Source of the DNA: Bdellovibrionota bacterium | GTDB taxonomy: Bacteria; Bdellovibrionota_C; UBA2361; OMII01 | Length of the DNA: 59,661 nt | Direction of reading: 5' to 3' | Assembly (NCBI GenBank): GCA_044356215.1 | Contig: JBIKWQ010000010.1 | Span: 1 to 59,661, forward strand | Shown here: piece after piece, positions 19,049 through 28,690 of the stretch | How the letters are laid out: each line of letters opens with the position of its first letter | Numbering within the stretch: the first letter of the stretch is position 1 | The notes under the pieces: model-generated | Databases searched by the model: none | What the model was told of the DNA's origin: nothing | The model's input: only the letters and a program-made list of their open reading frames with translations | Program-made: the position numbers and the translations under genes

Positions 19049-20203
19049 ATGCTTATCTCCCCTTATTACCGCGATCACGAGCCATTTATAGACTCAGTTA
19101 CGAAGTTACTCGAACAGGAGCTAGCTCCACACATAACGAAGTGGGAAAAAGCGGGGAGATTTCCTAATGATGTATTTCAGATCCTTGGTCGCAATGGGTA
19201 TCTGGGGATCCTGCTCTCTGAAGAATTCGGAGGAGTCGGTGGTGATTACAAGATGGCTGGCGCGTGGTGCGAGACTTTTGGAGAGCTGCCATCAGTGGGC
19301 TTAACAGTAGCCGTAAACATGCACTCACTTGTCATCAGCCACGGGCTTGAAAAGTTCGGGACCAGCGAAGCTAAGCGGGCGTGGCTTCCTAAGGCCGCCA
19401 CAGGTGATGCAATCGGCGCTTATGCATTTACAGAGCCAGGAGCAGGTAGCGACTTGGCGCGCATACGAACAGTGGCGACTAAACGCGGATCTCGCTGGTA
19501 CATTAATGGCTCAAAGACATTTATTACCAACGGCGCACGGGCTGATTTTATCCTAGTTCTAACTAAAACCGATCCTAACGCTGGATACGGCGGCTTCACC
19601 ACCTTTGTCGTGGACGCCAAGACAAAGGGCTTTAAGGTATCTAAGACCCTAGATAAAGTTGGCTGGCACGCCTCTGATACAGCGGAGTTAACTTTTGAGG
19701 ATGTGGAGGTCGATGAGAGCGCTATCCTGGGTAAACTAGGAGACGGCTGGGGGCAAGCCGCGGCTAATTTAAATTGGGAGCGATTAATGCTCACTTTAAC
19801 ATCACTTGCTGGGGCGCGGATGTGCTATCAGGCGGCTCTCAAATACTCAAATGAGCGAGAGGCATTTGGCAAGAAGATCTCAAATTTCGGCGCCATTTCA
19901 CGTTATCTATCTGAGATACGAAGGAAGATACACTTAGGGGAATCTTTATCTCACCACGCCCTGGATCTTCTAATAGCCGGCAAAGATTGTCGGACCTATG
20001 TGGCGGCAGCTAAACGTATGGTGTGCGATGATGCAGTATGGATCGCGGATAAAGCTCTACAGATTCATGGTGGCTATGGATATACCACCGAGTTCTCACC
20101 AGAGCGCTGGTGGCGCGACCTAAGGCTCATGCCAATTGGTGGCGGAACGAGCGAGATTATGAGCAACATCGTCGCCAAGGAGTTGGGTCGCCCACCTGCT
20201 TAA
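19049..20203 (+). CDS. Acyl-CoA dehydrogenase
   Basis: AFTEPGAGSD, INGSKTFITNG, QIHGGYGY, IGGGTSEI. Confidence 0.95.
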   Translation: MLISPYYRDHEPFIDSVTKLLEQELAPHITKWEKAGRFPNDVFQILGRNGYLGILLSEEFGGVGGDYKMAGAWCETFGELPSVGLTVAVNMHSLVISHGLEKFGTSEAKRAWLPKAATGDAIGAYAFTEPGAGSDLARIRTVATKRGSRWYINGSKTFITNGARADFILVLTKTDPNAGYGGFTTFVVDAKTKGFKVSKTLDKVGWHASDTAELTFEDVEVDESAILGKLGDGWGQAAANLNWERLMLTLTSLAGARMCYQAALKYSNEREAFGKKISNFGAISRYLSEIRRKIHLGESLSHHALDLLIAGKDCRTYVAAAKRMVCDDAVWIADKALQIHGGYGYTTEFSPERWWRDLRLMPIGGGTSEIMSNIVAKELGRPPA

Positions 20204-21134
20204 CCAACTGCTCAACCGCCTCAAGTGGCGTCTTCTGACGACTGACGCATTCGCGAGCTAAGGACGCTATCATTTCAGCTTTACCACTCAAGGCGCGCCT
20301 GGTGATCCACTCGGACGCCATCTGGGTAATCGTTTGTGACACAACTTGCAGGCGCCTGGCGTGTCCTTTCGATGAACTCTCTAACCACGCGACGTGCTGC
20401 TTAGCTGCATCGACCACCCCATCGATGCCACGGCACTCCGTAGCGACAGTTTTTACCACCTTTGGTTTCCAATCATCCGAGGAGCTCTCTGCTAAAGAGA
20501 GTAATGTTAGAAGATCTTTCTCAAGTGTGAGAGCTCCATCTCGATCCGCTTTATTGATAACGAAGACATCGGCTATCTCCATCAATCCAGCCTTAATAAT
20601 CTGCACACTATCACCCATTCCTGGAACGAGGACTACTACACAGGTATCCGCCGAACGGACCACATCAACTTCGGCCTGCCCTACTCCCACAGTCTCTAAG
20701 AGAATAACGTCAAAGCCCGCGCAATCGAGAACATGAATACTCTCTAAAGTCGCCTTTGCTAAACCACCCAACGAACCGCGGGTCGCCATACTCCGGATAA
20801 ATATCGATGAATCCTCCGCGGAGCGATTCATCCGGATACGATCGCCTAGTATAGCTCCGCCACTAAATGGACTTGACGGGTCAACAGCTAGAATCGCCAC
20901 CGACGCCCCGTCGCTTCTATACCTCATCGCGATATGATCAACTAAGGTTGACTTCCCAGCCCCTGGGGCACCAGTGACTCCGATAACATGAGCACGGCCG
21001 CTTGGTCGGCGCATCGCGGCCGCGAGGGCGCGCGCCCCGGCCTGGCCGCTTTCTACGCGCGTGATTAGTCGGGCTACAGCGCGATAGTCCCGCGCCAAAG
21101 TCCTCTCTTTAAGCTGCTCATCACTGAACTTCAT
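20157..21134 (-). CDS. meaB: Methylmalonyl-CoA mutase-associated GTPase MeaB/ArgK
   Basis: GAPGAGKST, DPSSPFSGGAILGDRIRM, ETVGVGQAE, NKAD. Confidence 0.93.
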   Translation of the reverse strand: MKFSDEQLKERTLARDYRAVARLITRVESGQAGARALAAAMRRPSGRAHVIGVTGAPGAGKSTLVDHIAMRYRSDGASVAILAVDPSSPFSGGAILGDRIRMNRSAEDSSIFIRSMATRGSLGGLAKATLESIHVLDCAGFDVILLETVGVGQAEVDVVRSADTCVVVLVPGMGDSVQIIKAGLMEIADVFVINKADRDGALTLEKDLLTLLSLAESSSDDWKPKVVKTVATECRGIDGVVDAAKQHVAWLESSSKGHARRLQVVSQTITQMASEWITRRALSGKAEMIASLARECVSRQKTPLEAVEQLVKQVGDPTPWRRCCS

Positions 21135-21161
21135 ACAGCGATGGTACTTCCTGTCTAGGTG

Positions 21162-22463
21162 TTACGCCAACTGGATAATTTCATTTAGCAGCTGGTTAAT
21201 CGTGGTGATTAACCTAGAACTCGCCTGGAATCCTCGTTGCAAGGTAATAATCTTCACGAATTCCGAGGCGATATCGACTGTAGATAGCTCCAAGGTACCT
21301 GATTTAATGCTTCCAAGAACACCGGTCTCTGGACGCCCAATTACGGGCGCTCCTGAAGCTGTTGATGAAGTGAGTAGGTTTCCTGTTACACGGCCCAGAC
21401 CCTCTTGGTTGGAAAATGATGCCATAGCTACCTGCCCTAGCAGACTCTGTTGGCCGTTTGAAAGCAACGCTGTAATTCGACCATCGGAGCCAACACTAAT
21501 ACTCTGAACCGTTCCTACTCCAGTTCCATCCTGAGAGATAGAAAGGATATTAGACGGTGTTGAGAATTGAGTCAGTGGATTGAAAGTGAAATCTACCTCA
21601 CTAGCGTCAGAGCCGTTACTCCACGCCACTGTCGCGGTGAAGTCAGCCACCCCACTTGTTGGCGGAGGGCTACGTCGCCCGTCACCGCCAAAAGTCATGA
21701 CAGACTCTCCTATAAAGCGCGGATAGCCGGACACGCCCGTCGCCGGAGGCACCGGAACCGGATCGACGTCTTCGTTGTTAACATACGCGCGAACTGTGTA
21801 TTGATTGACCCCCGTATGGAAAAAGAACAGCGTCGTTGGGTGACGCTCCCCGAGTGAATCAAAGACATCCACTACAGTTGAGTATTCTGCTACCTGATTT
21901 AAATCAGCGTAAGTCACAGTCGGTGGCACAGCCGTTCCCGGAACGGGAATCGAAGCGGCGCTAACCAGGGTCGCTCCAGCATTAACATTTCCGGCGACTG
22001 TCACCTCGGTAGTCTCAATCGCGTTCTGCTCAATCGCATTCGCGTTCAAAGGCTCTAGCGCGCCGCTTCCATTCTGCGGAAATCCGAGAACCGCCAGTCC
22101 ACCAGGATTTACCAAAAAGCCTGAGGCATCGATCTTAAAGTTACCCGCTCGCGAATATAAGCGCTCATCTCCACGCGCTAAAACAAAATAGCCGTTACCA
22201 CTGATTCCTAAATCTAATGGCCGACCGGTGAACTCTAGAGTTCCCTGATCAAAGAGAGCCGCGACTGACGCTATCGCGGAGCCGGAACCAAACTGTCGCC
22301 CTAATACTCCGTCACCCGCTATTAAGCTCTCAAACTCGGCGCGGTTGGTTTTAAATCCAGGAGTATTAGCGTTGGAGATATTATCTCCCGCTACCGCTAT
22401 CGCGCTACCATGGCTTGCGATTCCGGCTCTGCCGGCGAATAGTCCGTTAACGATACCTGGCAC
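21162..22463 (-). CDS. flgE: Flagellar hook protein FlgE
   Basis: GDNISNANTPGFK, YSRAGNF, VFDSLGERH, LELSTVDIASEF..QRGFQASSR. Confidence 0.93.
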   Translation of the reverse strand: MPGIVNGLFAGRAGIASHGSAIAVAGDNISNANTPGFKTNRAEFESLIAGDGVLGRQFGSGSAIASVAALFDQGTLEFTGRPLDLGISGNGYFVLARGDERLYSRAGNFKIDASGFLVNPGGLAVLGFPQNGSGALEPLNANAIEQNAIETTEVTVAGNVNAGATLVSAASIPVPGTAVPPTVTYADLNQVAEYSTVVDVFDSLGERHPTTLFFFHTGVNQYTVRAYVNNEDVDPVPVPPATGVSGYPRFIGESVMTFGGDGRRSPPPTSGVADFTATVAWSNGSDASEVDFTFNPLTQFSTPSNILSISQDGTGVGTVQSISVGSDGRITALLSNGQQSLLGQVAMASFSNQEGLGRVTGNLLTSSTASGAPVIGRPETGVLGSIKSGTLELSTVDIASEFVKIITLQRGFQASSRLITTINQLLNEIIQLA

Positions 22464-22632
22464 GGTAACCTTCCTTTAAAAAGACTAGCCACCTCAACCA
22501 GCGCCTTAAAAGCGCTTAACAGTGACCAGCGCGTCCCTATTAGATACTGCGCGTTAATTTAGATCTTCCATGAGACTGCTCTTCCGTCGGTTATTCCTTT
22601 TACCCACGGCACCGCTATCAAACCAACAACTA

Positions 22633-23286
22633 TTAAGCCAATACTACCTCTTTGACCTGATCCATTCCGATCTCACTTCCACCAACAATCAATTTTGGTG
22701 TTGGTCCAGGTATGAACCCTGAGACTAGTCCAACCGGTGAGAATGATGGCTCGAATGAACTACCTCCAAATTTAGAATTGGCGGATATCTTTACGCCGTA
22801 TGTTCCATCGGCTAGCCCCACCTGATTGAGAGATACGATCTGCTTGCCAGCTTTAAGCTCGCCTAGCGACTTCTCTCCGACTACAGCACCCCTTGAGTTG
22901 ACAAACTGAACCTTCACACCCATCGCGTCACGAGGTAGATCGAGTTGCAGCTGTCCTGCATCACCACTCTTAGCGTTGATTGTGCTACCGTTTAAAATCA
23001 CGTTACGTCCAAGATATCCCGCCAGAGACCCCATTGTCGCAGCGTCACTCTGTGCTGTTAGTTTCTGATCGATCGATATGAGTTTTTCTACCTGTGTGAA
23101 CTGCGCTAGTTGTACGGCGAACTCTTTACTGTCTAACGGCGCCTCTGGATCCTGATTTTTAAGCTGCGTCACCAGGAGTGTAAGGAACTCACTCTTACCT
23201 AACTGCTCATTCTTGTTTTGAGGAGTCAGCTGGACGCCTTGTGCGAAAGATCCACCTGAAACTCCTCCTGTCCCGCTAGTTGTCAT
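22633..23286 (-). CDS. flgD: Flagellar hook-capping protein FlgD
   Basis: LGKSEFLTLLVTQLKNQDP..QLAQFTQVE. Confidence 0.93.
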   Translation of the reverse strand: MTTSGTGGVSGGSFAQGVQLTPQNKNEQLGKSEFLTLLVTQLKNQDPEAPLDSKEFAVQLAQFTQVEKLISIDQKLTAQSDAATMGSLAGYLGRNVILNGSTINAKSGDAGQLQLDLPRDAMGVKVQFVNSRGAVVGEKSLGELKAGKQIVSLNQVGLADGTYGVKISANSKFGGSSFEPSFSPVGLVSGFIPGPTPKLIVGGSEIGMDQVKEVVLA

Positions 23287-23306
23287 CGTCGCTCACCTAA
23301 ATACGT

Positions 23307-25037
23307 TTATGCTATCCAATGGTCTACCATCTCTAACGCCTTAGAGGTCCTAGACTCGCCGCTAGCATTTAGACTCTCAGCAAGTTTGTTGCCAATTGTA
23401 TTTTCAGCTAGTTGCGCCCTTTCTTGGGGCATGTTGTTCCTCTCATGCTGGAAACTACTGCCGTCAAAGGACCCCTGGCCGGAAGCCATTTCTCCGTTAA
23501 ATTCATCCGCCGTGATCGAAACGGATACTGAATCAACATCAAGACCCAGCTTTCTAAGAGCTCCCTGAAGCTCGTGGGCATGCTCTCGTAGATTCTGCAT
23601 AACCTGCTGATTCTCTGGGGATATGCGTGCATGCAGCGCTCCGTCACGGAGACTTACATCTACTTTCACTTTGCCTAAATCAACCGGCTCAAGTCTTAAA
23701 GAAAGTGTTTTACCATCACGGCTCCTCGCGGCTTCCTTCAAAGTTGACTCAACACGCTCTAGCATCCTAGTTATCTGAGGCCTAGTGAGAGGCCGACCTC
23801 GATTGGCTCCCTCATTCTGGGCGGACTTAGCCTCATTGGCCGCTCCTAATCCCTGAACTGTCTGAGACTGAGGTCGGACTCGTTGAGTATCCGCGCCTTC
23901 GTTCAAAGAAGCCCGAATAGTCTCAAAGGTATGTCGTAACATTACTGTCTGGATCGTCTCGCCGCCTGGCTTTGTGGGGCTCTGAAATTCAGGATTGTGA
24001 TTAAATCCATCGAAGGAAGCCTCCTCATGCTTCACATCCGAGTTCTTTAAAGTCTTTTGAGAATCAGCGGATTTTCTCTCATCAGCGTTGACTCGCCACT
24101 CATCTTGAGGTCCGTTTCGCGAGGATACTTCTGCCTTTTGATCTAGTTCCTGTTTTGTCTGAGCTAAACTCGTATCTGAGACAGAATTTTCACGCGCGTT
24201 AAGCTCCCTTTCGGCAGATTCCTTACTTTTGCCGGAACCGTCATGCTTTCTAACATTTTCCGCGCCTTGATCACGATCGGTTTGCGCCTGTGTGGTCACC
24301 GCGAAGAGATCCGCGTCATCCGCTTGACCCTCGTCTTTATTTTTTTCCTTGTCACTCTTGATAATTCGCCCAATATCCTGATTATTAGACGACGTTGCTA
24401 CCTGATCGGCCGACGCGTCCTCTTCATCTGTGCATTCGACGATCTCCTGATCGGTCAAGCCTGTGGTATTAGAGTTAACCTGTACCGGACCGTCTGAGTC
24501 ATCAGCCTCAATCGTTAATGATTCAGTGGATAAACTTACCTCGGTATTATCGATCTTTAAAGCCTGCCCAATGTCGGAAACCTTCTGGATCTCCTCTCCC
24601 CCTTGATCCACTACCTGCTCTCGCGTATCAGAGCTATCTTGGGACTCAACCTTGTTCTCTGATCTGTTGTCTTCTTTTCGTTCTCTCGGCTTGTTTAATC
24701 CGCCTGCCGTGACACTCAAGCTCTTGTCTTGATTAGAAAGATCATCCGCGGTGACAGGATCTTCGTCACGCTTATTATCGTCACACTGTTTCTCGTCGCG
24801 ATAATGATCCTCATGTTTCGCCTTTTGAGGAGCCGCTGACTGGGCAAGCGCGAAGCCTAACGCAGATACCTGATCTGGCATCGCCCCAACTGGTCCACTC
24901 ATCTGAGCCAGCAGAGCGCTAAACTCCTCCGCTAATGACTTAGATTCATTATCATCTTTGATTTCGCCGCTTTCACGAGCGGCATTAATAGCGAAGTGGC
25001 TCTGTTGAGCCTCTTCGAAGTGCAGGCGCCTCATCAT
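23307..25037 (-). CDS. fliK: Flagellar hook-length control protein FliK
   Basis: Long acidic disordered region; C-terminal LRLEPVDLGKVKV..LQGALRKLGL; upstream of flgD. Confidence 0.88.
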   Translation of the reverse strand: MMRRLHFEEAQQSHFAINAARESGEIKDDNESKSLAEEFSALLAQMSGPVGAMPDQVSALGFALAQSAAPQKAKHEDHYRDEKQCDDNKRDEDPVTADDLSNQDKSLSVTAGGLNKPRERKEDNRSENKVESQDSSDTREQVVDQGGEEIQKVSDIGQALKIDNTEVSLSTESLTIEADDSDGPVQVNSNTTGLTDQEIVECTDEEDASADQVATSSNNQDIGRIIKSDKEKNKDEGQADDADLFAVTTQAQTDRDQGAENVRKHDGSGKSKESAERELNARENSVSDTSLAQTKQELDQKAEVSSRNGPQDEWRVNADERKSADSQKTLKNSDVKHEEASFDGFNHNPEFQSPTKPGGETIQTVMLRHTFETIRASLNEGADTQRVRPQSQTVQGLGAANEAKSAQNEGANRGRPLTRPQITRMLERVESTLKEAARSRDGKTLSLRLEPVDLGKVKVDVSLRDGALHARISPENQQVMQNLREHAHELQGALRKLGLDVDSVSVSITADEFNGEMASGQGSFDGSSFQHERNNMPQERAQLAENTIGNKLAESLNASGESRTSKALEMVDHWIA

Positions 25038-25140
25038 AAAGATAGATCTCGTCTTATCTTTAACTGGGGGGGCTTATCTTAAGCCTGTTAGGGAGCGTCC
25101 TGCACCATCCCACCAGATCGTTTGGACTATCAGGAGCAAT

Positions 25141-25148
25141 TTATCGGC
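25141..25148 (-). promoter_or_regulatory. Possible sigma28 -10 element upstream of fliK
   Basis: Exact GCCGATAA on the minus strand about 100 bp before fliK; -35 match is poor. Confidence 0.35.
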
Positions 25149-25217
25149 CAAGCAGGGACACAACAGTTAACAACAAGTTAGCCCCGAATAGCCGAATCAA
25201 GCTTGCTCCATCATCCC

Positions 25218-25314
25218 TATTAGCGGCAGTACTTGCCGCTAATACACCAGGCGATAATCCTAAAAACACTTTAGGGAAGGCCGGCAAAATTTTGCCGGCC
25301 TTCCTTAGGATTAT
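25218..25314. repeat. Cluster of inverted repeats, including a perfect 30-bp palindrome (probable terminator region)
   Basis: TATTAGCGGCA-GTACT-TGCCGCTAATA (25218-25244); GGAAGGCCGGCAAAATTTTGCCGGCCTTCC (25275-25304) enclosed by ATAATCCTAA/TTAGGATTAT. Confidence 0.8.
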
Positions 25315-26174
25315 CTTTTCACTGGCACGACTTTCCCCGTAGCTTTCGACACCCATGCTTCTCCGTTTGTCGTGACTGCCCGCTTGTAGATCTCGCCATC
25401 CGCGAGCGCGGCATCGTGTTGCAATCCATCTGTGCTAGCGGAGATTATTGAGGGTTGATCCTTGTCTATCCCATCTATAGTGACCCGCTCATGATCAGAG
25501 TAGACGGTTACCCTGGCTGATAACGTCTGGCCATTTCCCGCTGGTACTACCTCTACAGTGGCCTTATTCCTACCAAACATAAATGTAGCGCGATTTATAA
25601 AATCCCACTTATCCCCATCGCTCTCCGTCACATGAGGATCGCCCCAAATCCGAGTTGCTCTTCCATCAGGTCCAGTAATCGACCACGCCTGATCGCGCCC
25701 CTCGGCGCGCACTGTGAAGCCATCTAGCGTTCTAACAGCTATCATACCTGCGTCACTCTTGGTGACCTCTAAAGCGCCGCGCTGCTGGGTGGCAACCAGC
25801 GGGCTAGCACCCGTAGAGCTAGGAACCGCCGGCGCTATACCTCTAAAGCTATTCATCACATTAGTTACTAACGAAACGAGGGAGTTCACCACCACTACCA
25901 GGGCATCCACGACTTTACTCATCGATGCCCAGGGATCAGCCGCGGCACTCCGCGACGATGCTACATCATTAATCTTCGCCGACTGAAGCTCTGGAGTTAC
26001 AAAGCTAGCGGAGGTAACGCTTGAAAGCGGGTTAACTTTGCTCGCCGATCCCGAATCGACGGGAGGAGTCGGCGGCGTTACCTCACCAGGCAACCCCGAG
26101 TCAGATGATGGTGAATTTGGATAGCTACTAATCGTTACGGTTCCCGAGTCTACTGGATTCATATTCTGATTCAT
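25311..26174 (-). CDS. DUF1521 / MIIA (metal-ion-inducible autocleavage) domain protein
   Basis: TRIWGDPHVTESDGDKWDF signature; Ser/Pro-rich N-terminus. Confidence 0.75.
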   Translation of the reverse strand: MNQNMNPVDSGTVTISSYPNSPSSDSGLPGEVTPPTPPVDSGSASKVNPLSSVTSASFVTPELQSAKINDVASSRSAAADPWASMSKVVDALVVVVNSLVSLVTNVMNSFRGIAPAVPSSTGASPLVATQQRGALEVTKSDAGMIAVRTLDGFTVRAEGRDQAWSITGPDGRATRIWGDPHVTESDGDKWDFINRATFMFGRNKATVEVVPAGNGQTLSARVTVYSDHERVTIDGIDKDQPSIISASTDGLQHDAALADGEIYKRAVTTNGEAWVSKATGKVVPVKR

Positions 26175-26464
26175 CTCCTAAATGTTAAAACTGGTACACT
26201 GTTAAGCCTAAAAAGTGCTGAGTAGTTACAAGTGACATACTGGTCTAATCGCTTGAAATATCCTCTAAGTTGCTATGTTTCACCTCTTTTGCTTAGCGCA
26301 CACCGTTCAAGAAAGTACCCATAACACTTTTGGATGGGAGTGTTGTCAGATATCGCGAATACTCAGCAAGAGCATCCGCAATAACGTTAGCTCGTATTGA
26401 GGGACGGATTTGTGGTGTAACGCGGGGTAGAGATACTCCTATTGATCCAGCTAGTTAGGTATTT

Positions 26465-28690
26465 ATGGGAAACAATACAGTCACTACCACCTCTACTACT
26501 GATCAAAAGTCGGTCGAGCAGGTGGATAAACCTACAAATCCGATGGAGAAGTCCCAGATTACTGGCAGCCCTTTCTCACCAACCGCGATTCAATCAGTGA
26601 TCTTAGGAGGTGCCGTTTCATTAGGTGATGGGAATGGTATCGGTATCGCTATCATTGAGCAGTTAACTGGTAGCCCCGCGCCACAACTTCAGCAGCCTAA
26701 CGTCGTATTGGTCCCGATCTATCAAGCAGAAAGAAACCAGCAGTTTAACTCTCAGCTGGCCCCTGCTCCACCGCCAATTCAACAGCCGCCCGCGCAAAAT
26801 CCGTATCAACCCTTTGCTACCATCCCTAGCGCCAACCAACAAAGCTATCAATCGTTCACACAAGTTCCTCAAAATACTCCAGCGCAGATATCCAGCACCC
26901 CAGCGCAAACATCACAGACGACGCGGCAGACAGTTCAGGAATCCAATCGGGATTCCTCATTGAGCCAAGTCGCGATTCCGAGCTCCTTACTTCCCAACCA
27001 GATCCAAAGCGCTCTTAGTAATCTATTCCAATCATCTCAGAGAGGTAGTGAGCCTATTCCCGTTCAGCCCCTGAAATTAAACCAGAGTGGTAGCGACACG
27101 ATTGTGATTAAGACCAATGAGACACGTGCCACCCAGTCGCTCAATGCCGATTCTAGCTCAGCAGGTGTTAAATCAAGTGACAACGAAAGCGTCAAAAAAG
27201 ACCCCGCGCTCGTGGCACGCGCGGAATCTAGTCCTACTAGCACTCCTCGCGCGATTATACGCCCTGAGGACATCACTATAATCGATAGACCGATAGGCCA
27301 AACCGGTGATAACTCCTCAAATCAGGTAACCCCCAAAAATCAGAACATCGATCCGCGTATCACGGTCGCACCTGACATTAACCGTGGCTTAGAGCCAATC
27401 CCCCGTGCCGACTTACCGCAAGTAGAGCTAGCCAGATCTATTCCAATCTCGCCAGCGACTCAGCCTAATACCAATATCCAGAGTGAAGTGAATATTCAGC
27501 AGAACATCGCGGCTAAGCCCGAGGCGCAGCCTCTATTACCCGTGCCTCCCGCGACTCCTCAGCAGCGCCAGGAACAACAAAGAGATAGTGTTCAGGAGGA
27601 ATCAAGGCGAAGCATCGAACGCTCCAGAGATATTCAGCAGATAATCGCCACCGAGCGCGATTTATCCGCCGTAACAACGCGCATAATATCGGATATACGC
27701 GTCACACCGCCGAATACCCGCCCCGAGCCAATAAACGTGACGATAGAGCGAACCAGAGAGAGCATCCTCGATAAGTTATCGTCGATCCAAGAGCGCATAG
27801 AACCGTCTATAAGAGAGCCTAGGCGCCCAATCGAGCAGCAAAGAGACTCGAACTATCACGTCCAGGGAAGGGAAATCCTCGCGCGACCTGTAGAGTTAAG
27901 TTCAGCCGAGCGCCGGGAACCAATTGCCGCTAGGCTCGCGGATAGAGCATCCGGGAATAGGCGGATAAGCCACCCTCAGCAAGAGCAGTCAAGGGAAAGC
28001 GGCACCCCTAGCGCCGCGGATAAAGCGCGTGTGCGCGTGATCGATTCTTCATCACAGCCTTCAAGTAAAAATGATATCACAGCGAAGGCTCTCCCAGCTA
28101 AACATCTAACCGTCGGAGACGACCAGCTACCCCACCTGCTAGATTTTTTAAAGCGATTCTCTCAAAGAAGTGTAAACTTTAAACTGCTAGGCAAAATAGA
28201 TAACTCGCTTGAGAAGGCGTGCTTAACTGTGGTAACCGGCGCGGCGCTCGGAGTTATCGGAATCGGTTTAACCTATAAAGCGATAAATCTAGCGCTTCTA
28301 CACACCCTAGGTTTTCTTCGTGATGAGCATGAGGCCGACATCGAGAAAGAAGCCGTTAGTGAAGAGCAAGAACTAATGAAGCAGCTTGAGGAGTTCACCA
28401 CCACTGAGATTAACTCCGTAGGAGAGCAGGGATTTGTGGTGGATCTCGCCGGCATAGTGCTTAGCGCTAAACTAGGCACACCGATCGCCAACGCGACTGT
28501 GAAGTGCGCTGAATTCGGAAGTCGCGAGACAGACACAGAGGGTCGGTTCATCTTTACAAATATCCCGCTTGGAACCCCTTATACCATCACAGTATCTTCG
28601 GACGATCTAGCGCTCAAACCACTGATCGTATCTGGCGTATGCGGAGAGCTTGAGTTTCTCCGCATACGAGTTGAGGAGGTGGAATTATAA
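26465..28690 (+). CDS. Hypothetical Gln/Pro/Ser-rich protein with a hydrophobic segment and a C-terminal carboxypeptidase-regulatory-like beta-sandwich
   Basis: 741-aa ORF; C-terminal TPIANATV..TDTEGRFIFTNIPLGTPYTITVS. Confidence 0.7.
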   Translation: MGNNTVTTTSTTDQKSVEQVDKPTNPMEKSQITGSPFSPTAIQSVILGGAVSLGDGNGIGIAIIEQLTGSPAPQLQQPNVVLVPIYQAERNQQFNSQLAPAPPPIQQPPAQNPYQPFATIPSANQQSYQSFTQVPQNTPAQISSTPAQTSQTTRQTVQESNRDSSLSQVAIPSSLLPNQIQSALSNLFQSSQRGSEPIPVQPLKLNQSGSDTIVIKTNETRATQSLNADSSSAGVKSSDNESVKKDPALVARAESSPTSTPRAIIRPEDITIIDRPIGQTGDNSSNQVTPKNQNIDPRITVAPDINRGLEPIPRADLPQVELARSIPISPATQPNTNIQSEVNIQQNIAAKPEAQPLLPVPPATPQQRQEQQRDSVQEESRRSIERSRDIQQIIATERDLSAVTTRIISDIRVTPPNTRPEPINVTIERTRESILDKLSSIQERIEPSIREPRRPIEQQRDSNYHVQGREILARPVELSSAERREPIAARLADRASGNRRISHPQQEQSRESGTPSAADKARVRVIDSSSQPSSKNDITAKALPAKHLTVGDDQLPHLLDFLKRFSQRSVNFKLLGKIDNSLEKACLTVVTGAALGVIGIGLTYKAINLALLHTLGFLRDEHEADIEKEAVSEEQELMKQLEEFTTTEINSVGEQGFVVDLAGIVLSAKLGTPIANATVKCAEFGSRETDTEGRFIFTNIPLGTPYTITVSSDDLALKPLIVSGVCGELEFLRIRVEEVEL

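Noticed and set aside
20157..20203. Convergent 3' overlaps (acyl-CoA dehydrogenase/meaB; also tmk/corA at 37685-37717)
   Set aside because: Short tail-to-tail overlaps are common in compact genomes and both partners look intact.
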